DNA of 63,979 bases, filler included, from Lenisia limosa (GCA_001655205.1; 5 parts of 5 records of this genome joined end to end with filler, not necessarily neighbours in it); one strand, 5' to 3'. Numbered from the whole stretch's first letter, positions 47,640-60,623 are shown. The notes: generated from the sequence alone by a model not told the origin. Numbers and translations are program-made.

Positions 47640-50600
47640 GTTGTGTTTCTATTCATTTCTTTAGAGGTGATATTGACATGTTAGATACACTCATCCATCA
47701 TGATATTTCATTCATATGCTTCAGAAGAAGCGCAAAATATGATACTATTTTTTATTTAACTATTCGACTCGCTGACTCAGGCAGGAAAAGTGAAAAGGAA
47801 CGAGAGGATTTGGTAGTAATGAGATATGTACAGATATTACATATCATATGATATATTATAGTATAACCAATAGTTTGGGTGAAACAATTGTTTTGTTTTT
47901 TAGACCAGTTTTAGACAAGTTTGAGACAAGCTGTAGCAAAGCTGTGTCAAACAGGGAAACATGAAAACATTAGTTGAAAACAAGTGGAATAGTTGAGAGC
48001 AGGAAGATGCGTTGTGAGGTTATCCAAGAAATCTCGGGATAATTCCTCTCCGAGCCCGACTCAACTTTTTGATATTTTGTTCCCAGCAGTTTACGAACTT
48101 GTAATCTATATGTGTTGATGATAGGCCTCCATGCCTCCATTGCCTACTCACTTTGACAAATTGATGTGTATTGTTTTGTTCAATTTGACAAGAATAATAT
48201 GACACATAAATGCAACTACAACATTTCTACAAAAAGACGGCGTGAGTTTCTGGCTCAATTGTTGCTTTTCGTTCTTCAATAGTGAGGGGTTCACCGATGT
48301 GGACTGCTGCTTTGGCCTTATGCTTCCCCTTCCCCTGGGTTGTCAACAAAATATTTTTGACGTTGAATATCTTAAAAACCAACATACCATGTACTTATAG
48401 TGATGGAATTTTAACGTGACCATATCACTAGACTAAACAGTGAAATACCATACTTGCAAAACTGAAGTCTTATTATTGTGCATTATTAATAAGTCAACCA
48501 TGCAATTTTGTCAAAATAAAATTGTGGGAATTACTTGTCAAAGTTGATGACATTAATTTTTGGGATTCCTTTGTCCAACGGAATTTGAATCAAAGCCTTC
48601 CTGTATTGAATAAGAAATAATCTTTAATCAGAAGTCTCATCCTATAATAAACAGCCCATCCATTGTATTTCATCAAATTACGGGATCAAGAAACAAAACC
48701 ATCATTGGGCTTTACTTTTAGCGACTGCAAAGAAAAAGACACTCATATTTTCAATGTGTTTTTTATTTCATAGTAATCCTAAATACACATTGCCATAAAC
48801 CATATTAAGACGCAATTATAAGTACATGTGACATCTTAAACCTTTTATTATTTCAAAGATAGCTGCAATAAATAGAAGGAATTAAAACCCCAAATTTCAT
48901 TTGAGAGCAGTTCTCACGATTGGATACACCATTCATTGTATTCATTGTGCAGGAATGGAAAACCTCGGTCGTAGGGACATAACGTTCACTAAATGTTTTA
49001 ATTCATGATGTAACATGGCAAGCTACCATTTCCAGATGCATTTGGTTGATACTGTTTGCCAAATATTAAATGCTGTGCATGATGGTAATGACATATTTTT
49101 TGGCCTGAAGGGTATCCACAATTATGTAAGAGTTGTCGAAGTACATGTTTATGATTTTACATGCAATTAGTCTTATAATCATCATTTTTATGGCTGTTGT
49201 GGATATCACAAAAAGAACATATATTGTTCTAACGCTTTGCCGAGAAACAAATCCTCCATGGTGGCTCTGAGCAATTTTTCCCCCCCAAAATTGATATTGG
49301 ATAGAATGCATTTTTCACAGTACTTTGCACAGATTTTCAGATGTGTGGAATATTACAGATAGGTTCTTAATTTACAATGTGGTTTTGGCTGAAAAGGGAT
49401 GAATGGGTCAAATTGATATTAAACCCGCCATTTCCTTTACAGTGTTGTGTTAATAATCTCAAACAACATATCATATGATATACATACTATGTACCAGCCT
49501 ACAAGATATCCCATCCGCCTCTCTTGACAGTTCTTTTTGTGAAAGGATACACATTTGTAAGCGGCTGAAAAGTGAAAAAGACACAAAAACTAGTCAAACA
49601 ACTTTTGACTCGAAATTAGTGATTTATTTGTGAATTACTGTATATTTTTTAACTATTAGTAGCACGGTTTTGTGGACGGGGATATTTAGACGATAAATAT
49701 ATATCAATGATAAATTAACCTCTGATGTAACAAGATACATTATCTGTCTTACCCTTTTTAAGAGTTGGCAATCATAAAACAAGCGAATATTTGCCTTTAT
49801 AATTGTGATTTTTACAAAAAATAACACAAATTCTCTTCTTATTGTCCAATACACTTAACTAGCTGTGTATTATTTCATATGGAGAGAAGCATCAAACTGC
49901 CTCAAACAAACATCTTTGCTTGGCCTTGATTTACTTGGTCCAAAATTCCAGTCATAAAATGCCTTGGCACTTTAGTCTAAACCATTGACACATTTATACA
50001 TCGACTCGAAGGAAATATTAGAAACATAATTAACCAAGTGAAACCATAGACTGCTCCTATCTAAAAGGGTGAAAGGACAGTATTATACATATTTAATATT
50101 ACATATTATCATATACTATGTGGGTCCTCAAAGCTCCGAGCAGCATTCAAAATTCACCGGACACATCAAAACTCCTGGACAGCTTGAAGTTGATCCCTTG
50201 TATGGGTCAACGGTAGTGTTTAATACAAAGCTGGTTCGACAGATATATAAAGAAAATGACCTCTTAATGTTCCCCAATTTTTTTTTTTTCAATTTTGAGC
50301 AAGTGTCAAAAATCCGTGAATTTGGTCTCCCGGGGGTCCCCCTTTTGCCTTTTCACGGGATTTTTTTCTAAATCTATCCCTCTTTTAGTGCAAAGAAACA
50401 AAAATTTGTACCCCTCGGAGTAATTGATTATGGATTCCCCTTGCTTTGGCTATGTAATGGTGAATTGTGAGAGAAAAATGTTCAAAATAGTGCTTACTAC
50501 AAGGTCAAACGTTCCCGGATAGTTGCCATTTATTCCTTGAATGTGGCCGATTTGAACGGTTTTGGTTGTTTGTGGCAGCTTAAGGACCTCAATGGGTAGC

Positions 50601-52290
50601 CAAGTGACTTAAGTTGGGTTTGAGTCAAGAATATGTAAAAATCGCATTCTATCCTGTGATTATGACTGAAATTACTTTCGAAAATAACATGGAAGTTTAT
50701 AGTACTTTTATAGGGAAAATTCAAGCTGTCGGGGAGTATAGATGTGTCCGGAGATTTTGAATGATGTCCGGAGCTTTGACTATATACTATGTATATCATA
50801 TGTTTGTATGTAGTATAATATATCATCTGATAGAAAGAGAGTAGCATTATGATAAGAGGAAACTTCCCATAAATCCCCGGCAACCTTACAGCAACAAAAA
50901 ATGGTTGCGTTCCAGTGATCCACCCTGGATGATTAATACAAAGAAAAGCGAAAAATGGGTCTTTATGACTATCCCTTAAAAATAGCAAACCGTGAACACA
51001 ACCGAATTTCAGGTTAATTATATGTATGACATACGCAACATGTGTTGGTATCGTGGCTTTGGTCAGACAGCACTCACGACAATACAATAAACCCAGTATA
51101 CTAATTGAATCAAAGGATATTGTAAAAGGCATTCGCCTCAATCAAGTTTGTCTGCAAATGATGTAATTCTTTCTAATAAAACTTCTCCAATGTTTAGAAA
51201 ACAAGCTTATCTAACACAATCATATTCCAACATACCAGAGGTTGGAGCTGAGCCGATATTGTTAGTGGAGTAGACTGAAGAAGAAGAAGATAATCTAAGG
51301 AGGGTGATGGAAAATTAGTGAATCAAAAAAATAAAAATAACAACGCTGTTGGCTCACCATNNNNNNNNNNNNNNNNNNNNNNNNNNNNNNNNNNNNNNNN
51401 NNNNNNNNNNNNNNNNNNNNNNNNNNNNNNNNNNNNNNNNNNNNNNNNNNNNNNNNNNNNNNNNNNNNNNNNNNNNNNNCTTACCGTAGGGAAGCCCTAA
51501 TTATTTCTGCTCCCCTTTTCATGATTCCCACAAACGCATTGTAAGAGAATGAACCGGAGGGACTGACATTTCCAACTAAGCACGTTCTAAATAGGGTATT
51601 AGAGGCTGAAACCACAGTTGCCAACCAAATTATATACAGGGGCAAATATTTAGGCATGAGACTAGGCTTCACTTCGGTTCGAAAAAAGAATAAATTTCTC
51701 GATAAATCTTCGAAAACTATCGATATTTTAACGGTCTTTTTCGAACCGAAGTGAGGCCCTACATAAGACACAAATTAATACCAATATCTTCTAAAAAGGC
51801 TAAGCAATATGATACTACAGCGTTTTTTCAACCGTACATATTACAACAACTCTTACCTGTAAACCGAATTACGGTACATACAGAACAAGGTGGCTGAACC
51901 ACTCACACTTCCACAGTTAGACTGCTTTGCCATATCCACAGCTAGGTAACACATTAATTCCAATTGAGGGGTGAGTGAAAAAATCTCCAGGGAAAACAGA
52001 AATGGAATCATTAATCAAATCAGATTTAGAAACACAATACACTCAAGAGGTACTTAGATTATTTACTACATAACTGAAAGACATGTTGCAGTTAAAATAA
52101 AGGAGTAAAGGTCAAAACTACAAATAATTGGTATTTCATGAAAAAGCAGATAAACAGAAAAGACGTTGAACACTCTTCATTACCAGTATATCCGTTACGC
52201 TCAGTGATGAGGGACTTGTCGAAGTTGAAGTACTTGTAACCGTACTGTTTGCGAGTGCTATGGGTGGCTGCGGGTGATACAAAGGCCTAT
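47640..52290 (-). CDS. One or more unidentified multi-exon genes interrupted by transposon insertions
   Basis: Scattered AG/GT-bounded open blocks, e.g. PLYHPQPPIALANSTVTST..., KALIQIPLDKGIPKINVINFD, GKGKHKAKAAVHIGEPLTIEERK. I could not assemble a full structure. Confidence 0.3.
50118..50783. mobile_element. ~700-bp TIR element family B, copy 1
   Basis: About 65-bp imperfect TIR tcaaagctccg...cattcaaaatt...ccggacacatcaaaactcc.ggacagcttga. The interior matches 63113-63820. Confidence 0.82.
51663..51761. mobile_element. MITE family A, copy 6
   Basis: taggcttcacttcggttcgaaaaaa...ttttcgaaccgaagtgaggcccta. Confidence 0.88.
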
Positions 52291-52683
52291 TAATATCAAA
52301 AGAACATCAACCATCAAACTAATGTTTGTAGATTTCTGACACTAATGCAAATAGATAAACGAAGAAATTAGACAACATATAATGGGAAAATATGAATCAC
52401 ATAAAAACACACATACTGTATGTGACGTGATATTCTACAGTGTGTATTTATACATTTTTTTCCGCGAAGAAAGTAAACAAACCTTTAATCAAGGTTGGGA
52501 TGATAGTATTCTCATAAATGTGATGTTAAAAACTCTGACCACATGGTATGTAAATAACATGATACTACACATAATTATACTACCGATATATTAAATTATT
52601 TTGGCATTCACATTGTTTTATATGAACCGGTCAGGGTGATTTATTATGTACTATATAATATAAGTAATAAATACTAATATGTA

Positions 52684-52842
52684 TAGTCAAAGCTCCGGAC
52701 ATCATTCAAAATTCCCGGACACATCAAAACTCCCGGACAGCTTGAGTTTTTCCCTACAAAATCACCATAAACCACCCAAAACCCCTATTTCCCTTTTGTT
52801 TTCGAAAGTAATCTCAATCTTAATTAAAGCATGAAACCCCAA
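52684..52842. mobile_element. Family B end (inverted, cut by linker)
   Basis: tagtcaaagctccggacatcattcaaaattcccggacacatcaaaactcccggacagcttgag is the reverse complement of the family B right end. Confidence 0.8.
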
Positions 52843-52942
52843 NNNNNNNNNNNNNNNNNNNNNNNNNNNNNNNNNNNNNNNNNNNNTTAATTAATTAANN
52901 NNNNNNNNNNNNNNNNNNNNNNNNNNNNNNNNNNNNNNNNNN

Positions 52943-53584
52943 ATGATGCTTCTCGAGACAGAGTTTGCCTCTGAGTTGCCTCCTCTAATTGTTGAGCCTC
53001 TGAGCGAACCCATTCCTTCACCACGTATTGCCACCCCACAGTCCGAGCCTTATACTGAGTCTGAAGCCTCTCCAGCATCAACCGTTCTTACCCCAAGCCC
53101 GCTTCCTTCTCCCCAGGTTTGCTGTCTCAAAACCCTACAAAATAGGGAAAATGGGATGTTTTTTTTATTCGAGTGATACTTTTTTTTATAATTTTTTTTG
53201 TTACTTTGAATCTCATTGCGACAGACTGTTGAGCATCAAGAAACAAAGCCCCATATTGAAAAAGTTTTATTTGTCGAAGCAGCTGAGCCTGAGCTTGAGT
53301 CCAAACCCGTCAAAATGGAGGCTGATTATAACCCTTTTACTTCGGTGAGACTCTCTTTTTGAGCATTGTGTTTGTATCGTGGTTCTAACCAAATCCAGTC
53401 ATCAGATGTGCCAAGTCATAAAAACGTTTCACGAAAGGCAGCCAGACGACCCATGCCCATGCCACCCCCAAAGAAATCCTCTCCGGTAAGTATTGCTAGT
53501 AGTAAGTGAATATTTCAGGCACGTGGCCGGGCTGTAGTATCGAACAAGGATGACGACCTCGCTTCCTTCCTCGAGGGACTGTAA
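52943..53584 (+). CDS. 3' exons of an unidentified Pro/Glu/Ser-rich protein
   Basis: ELPPLIVEPLSEPIPSP...|TVEHQETKPHIEKV...|...RRPMPMPPPKKSSP|...DDDLASFLEGL* with canonical splice sites. The 5' part is lost at the linker. Confidence 0.55.
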
Positions 53585-53649
53585 TTTTGATACCCTTTCT
53601 TGTTTAAAGTGTTTTATTAATGCATTTTGTAACGGTTAAACTTTAGGTT

Positions 53650-55100
53650 TTTGGTACTTTCGAATCATCATGCCAGCGTTTGTTGACACAGATTGGAGGT
53701 AACATGCGCGGTTCTTTTCAGCCAAAAAGCATCCTATAGAGTCAGTGTGGAAGAAGGCAAACTGAGTTCTGCTTTGATGCACCTGCGACGATGGGCTCTC
53801 TCTTGGTTATCTCTCTATAAAGTGGGATCGGGTCTTTCTGCCCCAACAAACATGCATTATAGCCAAAGCAATGCGTCTTTGAGTCTCATGAGTTAATCTT
53901 AAGGACTCAGCTGAAAGAATGCACTAAACTGTAAATATGAGTGGGAACACCAAACCTGGTGCCTGATATTGGCATTAGCCTCCTTTTCAAGTTGTTCGGA
54001 ACGGGATGGAGGGTGAAGCTTTTCTGCATAAAGATGTGATAACATCAATGCGGGTGATCTCGTGCAGTCATTGAAAAGAATGGTCCAAGAACGTCCACTT
54101 TTTCCTGAACGCTGAATGGTCAAATGACAAATGGGACAATTGAGAATCTCAAATCACTGGATTGTACTCTGGTTACTTCAATTGTAAGAGTGCACAATCA
54201 GACAAAACCAATGAATGTTGGGTGCATTAATGATAGAAATATGATAAATATTTGAGGAGGTAAAACGATCATTTTGGTATTTTAGTTAAGGCGGAATTTA
54301 GATCAGGATTAACCAACTTCGTTTACGATTTCAGGAAGTTTGCCAATTGAGCTGTCAATTGACTCTGTCAAGGAGGCGTTCTACAATCGTGAGTATACCG
54401 TATGCTTCAAGAAACATGATGAAGTGAGTTCATTTAATGCTGAATAATGCGGTTCGGTTCTACCATGATCCCACCTCCCAACCTTATTTAGCCTTCTACT
54501 GCCAACAGCACCAACATGGACCTGGGTGTGTTGCTGAAATGTTAGTGCAAGGTCATTGGACAAAGTGGTATTGAGTATGTTATATCTACTCCTCCTGGAT
54601 TGGACTTGGCCGCCCTGGGACTTGGACTTACCATTTTCGATTGATTTTGTTGACGAATGGTTATTTGTATGGGAGAGGGGGGGTAATTTCACTATAAGTA
54701 GCAGATATTCACAAATACTATTTTATCAAAACTATTACTATTACTGGTTTTTTTGCGAGTTTCTGATCGAATCGATGAAAGAGATTAGACTTGCCATATA
54801 AGGCAAGCCATAATTAGATTCCTCCGGGGCCCCCGGGAACAAAGGAAGGATATGTGAGTTTATGGGGCGGTAAGTTTGATAAATAATCAAACGGAGGAAC
54901 TTATTTTACCACATCACAAAAGTTCGTGGAATATATACGCCTCTACGCCTCTTGGCACCTTCTTGGAGACTCCTTGGAGATATTTCATATTTCCCTTGCA
55001 ATCACTGAACTTGCAATTGGCAAGTAAACAGTTAAACTGTGCTAAAAGTCATCCTCCTCGTTCCGGTTACATCCGAGACGAACTACTTTGACATCACAGT
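53650..55100 (-). CDS. Unidentified multi-exon gene
   Basis: Exon-like blocks NASLTESIDSSIGKLPEIVNE, RSGKSGRSWTILFNDCTRSPALML..., KDPIPLYREITKREPIVA|GCFLAEKNRAC with GT-AG boundaries. Confidence 0.4.
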
Positions 55101-55628
55101 ACGAACTTATTTTCTATTTTTCTCGCTCAGACTGGTGTAGAGAGAGATACAAACTCATACCCAACTCTGACCCAAAAACTGCCTCATGCTTTAGCTGCAT
55201 CCGGATGTGATCATATGGGATCAGGAGCTTACATAGTATGATATANNNNNNNNNNNNNNNNNNNNNNNNNNNNNNNNNNNNNNNNNNNNTTAATTAATTA
55301 ANNNNNNNNNNNNNNNNNNNNNNNNNNNNNNNNNNNNNNNNNNNNTGAGCCACTTATTTGAGATAGTTTCCTTATCTACTAGTTCATATTATCAACAAAC
55401 GATGCCTTTGATTTCCACTCGTTATGTGACATTTCAGTCGAAACTTGAACCATTGCACTCTCGTACACTCCTTGCATCCCTTCACCCATCAACTACACTT
55501 GACCTTGACCCTCCCCAACCTCCACCAACTGTCGACCAACCACCATCCAAGCACCCTAAGAAATGTAATTATATGATTTTATTCATCAATATTATTCGTG
55601 ATGATACAATACAATATATTATATAATA

Positions 55629-57510
55629 TTATATATTTTTATTGTAAATAGGGTTCTCCACAGACATGGCACGAGGTGGCTTGTCATCGAATGTGGATGG
55701 GCTGATGGTGGGCATGTCCTTGATCCCGATGTCAACACAGTCGATCGCCAGGGTCTCGACCTCGTCATCATCTGAGGGGATAGTTATATCCTCAACACAC
55801 AAATGGAGGAACAGATGGTGGCAATCCTGAAGGGTCAAAGCTATTAATAAAATTGTCAACCAACACTGAGGTCCTGGGCTGTGGGCCTTCGGTCTGGGCG
55901 CATGTTTTTGAGAGCGGCTGTCAAAGGAAGTAAGCCGTGACAAGCCTCTGCAAAGGCGGGTAAAGGCTTTTGATGGCCTGACTCTCAAGATACCATGGCT
56001 TTTGCCAGACAAAAACTTCCACATTCCGCATGAGGAACACACTTGATTCAAAGCTAAAGCGGTTATTTCAGGAGGAGAAAAAAAGTAACGAACTCCTAAC
56101 TAACTTTGAACGCACAATGTTAAACCCAAACACGTCAACATATTCTTCTTGAATGTGGCCATACTACAAAATAACCATCAAAAAATGAACAAAATATGAC
56201 GTACCTCCGCCCCACAATGATAACACTCTTTGGCATGTGGGTGGTCTAAGAATAGTTCTACAGGAATAACACAATATTTCCTAACTAACCAGCATCAGAA
56301 CATTCCTCCCAGAGAGCAACAGCGACCTCATCCTCGGCAGTGGGATCAATGGACCACTTTTCCATTGGCATTCCTGAAACATGAGGGAGTTAAAAGGCAG
56401 AGAATCAGCCATCATCACAAACCGGTTCTGAAATGACAAGGGGATTTAAAATACCCCTCAGGCTGCTCATCTTCGTCGCTCTCGTCGCCTCCGCCTCCGT
56501 CATACATCTCCATTGGTTCCCATCTCTCCATGGCCTTCAGTCCAAATCGGTGCTCACACCCCCAAGTCGGCAAGTGCACCTTGTGGAGCCTTTGGACCTA
56601 TAGAATTACTCAAAGAGAAAAATCATGCAAAAACTGTCTCCCAATTCCATTATTGTTGCGTCATTTCAACATACACTACATGTAATATACTCTCATTTTA
56701 AAACGCNNNNNNNNNNNNNNNNNNNNNNNNNNNNNNNNNNNNNNNNNNNNNNNNNNNNNNNNNNNNNNNNNNNNNNNNNNNNNNNNNNNNNNNNNNNNNN
56801 NNNNNNNNNNNNNNNNNNNNNNNNNNNNNNNNNNNNNNNNNNNNNNNNNNNNNNNNNNNNNNNNNNNNNNNNNNNNNNNNNNNNNNNNNNNNNNNNNNNN
56901 NNNNNNNNNNNNNNNNNNNNNNNNNNNNNNNNNNNNNNNNNNNNNNNNNNNNNNNNNNNNGTAGCAAACGAGCCTACACATCAGAGATAGACGTACAGAA
57001 TCTCGGTTGTCCGAAAGTGAAAGACAACTGACTCTCATTACCGTTGACAGCCATCTTCAGGTGGATGTTGAAACTAAGATGTTATCTACCAATTTTGAAA
57101 CTTTTGAAGAAGCCATATTCCTGGCGCAATTTTGATATGTCAAGAGATAAATACGTGCGCTTATCAAGCTCGGCATGGTGAACCGGTTCAATGAACTCCT
57201 TAGAAATTTGAATGTGATGGCATGGTTTGAGGTCGGAAGCTACAAGTGTCTTTAAAATCAGCCAACTTACAAGCAATATCAAGAGGTCATCTCACCAGAC
57301 AGTCCTAGGCAAGGCTGTGGTGGCAAGTGGTACACATTGAGAGCTCATGCCTCACCCCATCCAAGTCGTTCAAAAAGGAAAGGTATACTATAGTGGCTTC
57401 GTTCTAGAAAGTATACAATCAGTTCAATCAAGAACAGTACTCTACTAACCTGTTTGGTCTGCAGGCCAGCAGGGGTGGTAGCTTGCCACAGATAGACTCG
57501 AACCCCCTGG
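55629..57510 (-). CDS. Unidentified multi-exon gene with ordinary GT-AG introns
   Basis: Exons ASDLKPCHHIQISKEFIEP...FFKSFKI, VQRLHKVHLPTWGCEHRFG...DESDEDEQPE, GMPMEKWSIDPTAEDEVAVALWEEC, ELFLDHPHAKECYHCGR. Confidence 0.45.
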
Positions 57511-58195
57511 GGCCAAAAGTCCTTCCTTTCCTCTTTAACCTTTATATATTAGTTTTCCTAAACGCGAGGTGCAAAGACGTCTTCAATAAAGTGTAGATGA
57601 ATCGACGATTAGTTTTGTCGGAAGTCGGAAGCTGGAAAGTAATCATCCCTAACTTTTTATTTTTAAAATAAAGCACTCAAATTATGAGAATCTTGGATTT
57701 ATGCATTAGTTATTTGGGTTTTACAGAAGTTCTATAAACGTAATAAGTCCAAATTTTGGGACTGGGGGATATACATTGTCCGTGAACAAGGAACAAGGTC
57801 AGATTAGCCTTCACTAAATAAATTGAAGCACTAAGTTACTTGGTGCCTCAAAATAGTTCAAAAAGAAAACAAAATAATTTTTTTAATGTGGCACTGCTAT
57901 AACTTCTTGCATCTTTAGAGATGTGAAAGGGGTTGGGGAAACCAAAACTATCTTTAAACTCTAAAGGGCAAAAACCGATTCTTAAGGATTTTTTAAAATA
58001 ATTGTTTTTACTTAAATGGTGTATAATGTCCTCCACAGGTCGTCACATTGCACTTCCTGCCCCACAGCGCCTCTACAGGCATGACTAAAACCGATCCAGA
58101 CCCAAAAATGTTTCCCCAGGCTTAGAATATTACTCCCCGTGGCCTTTTTTTTCCTTCTCAGCGGTATTTTCCAAATCAAATACCCCATGAAAGAA

Positions 58196-59348
58196 CTAAA
58201 CATAAATTGGTGCCCATTTGAGGTCTAAAAGAGAACAACTTGGTTGCTTGACAGACCGTTGTAATTCAAATTGATTGTTAAGAACAGAGACAATGTCGGA
58301 AGGATGGATTGATGATAAACGACTGATACTCGAGAATGACAACCGAGAGTTCGTCAAAAACAAGTGAAGAATATTCATCTGCCAAAATTTCTGAAAACCA
58401 ATTCGGCCAAGGTCACTTAATGGTTTTTCAGGAGATCCCACCAGTTTTTCAATTTTGCTTAAACTGTAAGCAAAATGAAGAGAGAAAAAAAACAAAGAGC
58501 AATCATTTCTTGTCCCAAGCCTTGCCGTTGATAAGGAGGAAGAGTTACTATACATGCTAAATTGTATTGATCTGGAGAAAACTTTTCCATTGTTGAAACA
58601 TAACAAAGAACTTTGGAAAAGTAGCCCAAAAAAGATGCTCCTTGAGAAAGAGATTTCACCATCACATAAAATAAAAACGGTTCAACATCAAAATATCAAG
58701 TTACAACTGTAAAAACAAACAAAGTTTTATGATCTAAAAAGAGCTTTGAGATCAGGCAAAGATTTTGACAGTAGGCTTTTTGCAGAAAACCATCTACTTC
58801 AAAAATAGAAAACTTCTCAGTGCGAACAACTTCTCTGCCTGGAGGTGTTCTTAATGAACACTTTAACAAATAATAAATAAAAAGGAACTTTATGCTTAAT
58901 AAAATATTTTGAATTTCGAAAGTATTTCAGACAAAAGGAACATAAAAAAAGAAAAGGGCAGGAAGAGATCTGTGGGAATGGACTGTAATACCAAGTTTCA
59001 ATTTTAAAACCATTTAAAAATATATCATATCAATATAAAAAAAAAACATGAAATATTTTTCACCATATTTTGACCATTCAACCGTTTCTCTGATAAACAG
59101 ATAAAAATACCTTCAGGTACCCTTTACTAGAACAAAGTTGTTTAACATTACGTTTTGAGACCCATTCATCTAGTCTATGATTAACTAATCAATAAAGAGA
59201 AGTAACATCCATAATAGTGGACATACACCTGATCACTTACAATGTCCAGTACTGTTCCCTTTCCAGTGTAAGAATCAAACAAAAAACGTTTTGCTCCAAC
59301 ATCTTTCAGAGTAACTAGCACTTCAGCACCTACCTCAACAGTTTTCAT
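58196..59348 (-). CDS. Compact MYST-family histone acetyltransferase (Esa1/KAT5/KAT8 type: Tudor-knot, C2HC zinc finger, MYST core) with eight 22-28 nt introns
   Basis: Spliced product: MKTVEVG...[16 protein letters not shown]...[23 protein letters not shown]...LCSFCLKYF...[13 protein letters not shown]...IFEVDG...[29 protein letters not shown]...GYFSKEK...[18 protein letters not shown]...SYSLSKIE...[11 protein letters not shown]...[10 protein letters not shown]. The catalytic Cys and Glu are intact. Confidence 0.92.
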
Positions 59349-59380
59349 TTTTCAAAACTGTTTCAAAGAAACAACCCAAA

Positions 59381-59725
59381 CAGGGCAGCCATGACGGTCA
59401 GTATATAAACACCACAGGTTTGGGTATAACAGCCGTTTTTTGACCTCTTATTTCATCGATTTTTAGTCTTACTGATTTGAAGGTAGCCCCGGTTTTNNNN
59501 NNNNNNTAATTTTTCTGATTTCCACCTGATTTCTGATTTCCGCCTGATTTATGACCGGTGGGATATAAATATATCATATTAGTAGATGAAACAAATTATT
59601 GAAGGACATATTTGAAACCGTGATGTCTTCGATGATGATAAAGGTAGTAAAAAGAGAAAATAAGACCATAACAATGTTCATTATACGCCACCTGGGGGGT
59701 TTATATAATGACCGTCATCCCCTTG
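59381..59725. mobile_element. TIR element family C, short two-ended copy
   Basis: Left end cagggcagccatgacggtcagtatataaacaccacagg; right end cctggggggtttatataatgaccgtcatccccttg. Confidence 0.78.
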
Positions 59726-59755
59726 CCTCTTGACTCCAAGCCACCTCAATCCAGC

Positions 59756-60623
59756 CAGGGCCATGACGGTCAGTATATAAACACCACAGGTTTGGGTATA
59801 ACAGCCGTTTTTGACATCTTATTTCATCGATTTTTAGTCTTACTAATATGAAGGTAGCCCCGGTTTTTGATATATAGTATGTTACAACTACGTTAAACTG
59901 CGCTCTGACTGGAAGAAAAAATATTTCATGACACATGACTGGGAAATCTGTCATTCTTAAAAATTGGAAAGAATGTTGCAAAACCGCGAAGGTAGGCATT
60001 ATTTGTTTCAATAATGTATATTTACATCTGTTTTCAGAGTGAAAAGGGAAGAAAAAGACAGTTTGTTGTCCAAGAACCTTATTTCCAACAATGCGCGTCT
60101 CGAGGTGTGTCTTCTACCATGCTATTATGTTTAAATTATCCATAAACCTTCATATTATACTCTTGATAACACAATGCTTTCGGGTGCGCCATCTTTCCTC
60201 CGATTCTGATCTCAAAGAAGATCATCTGTTTCGATAGGTACACAGTGTCGTCACTATGTCTCTCTGTGATATTCTTCTTACCTCTGTATTGGTTTTATGT
60301 TGTGGGGGCAAATTTCTTCTTATCCATGGTCTGTGCTTGCCTGTTGCGACCTCTGCTCATCCCAAACAATAAGATGTTTATGTTTACTTCTCCACCTCTG
60401 TTATTATGATGTTAGGTTAGGATATCTATGTGTGAATACGTCACTGTCAAGCTGATTTGTACTCACTGAATGCTGCCAGGGCAGGCTTGTTCACTTGCTC
60501 GACCAACTCCAACAAACCCCCCCCCCCATCCCGGTAGAGTGTTTTTGTCACCATTATTATCCATTGAGTTGAGTTTCCTCTTTTAATACATCAGAAACAT
60601 GCACTAATCTGTTGGACCCATAT
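59756..60623. mobile_element. Family C long copy
   Basis: Starts CAGGGCCATGACGGTCAGTATATAAAC. It is highly similar to 62466-63097 apart from an extra segment of about 200 bp. Confidence 0.78.

Noticed and set aside
57848-58203. Second micro-intron gene downstream of MYST
   Set aside because: I could not build a recognisable protein on either strand by removing short GT-AG or GT-TG segments.
58697-58720. TGA recoding or alternative genetic code to explain the in-frame stop in MYST
   Set aside because: The stop lies in a 24-nt insertion absent from the HKTLYFD motif. Trp is TGG elsewhere, and TAA, TAG and TGA all end conserved genes in this window.
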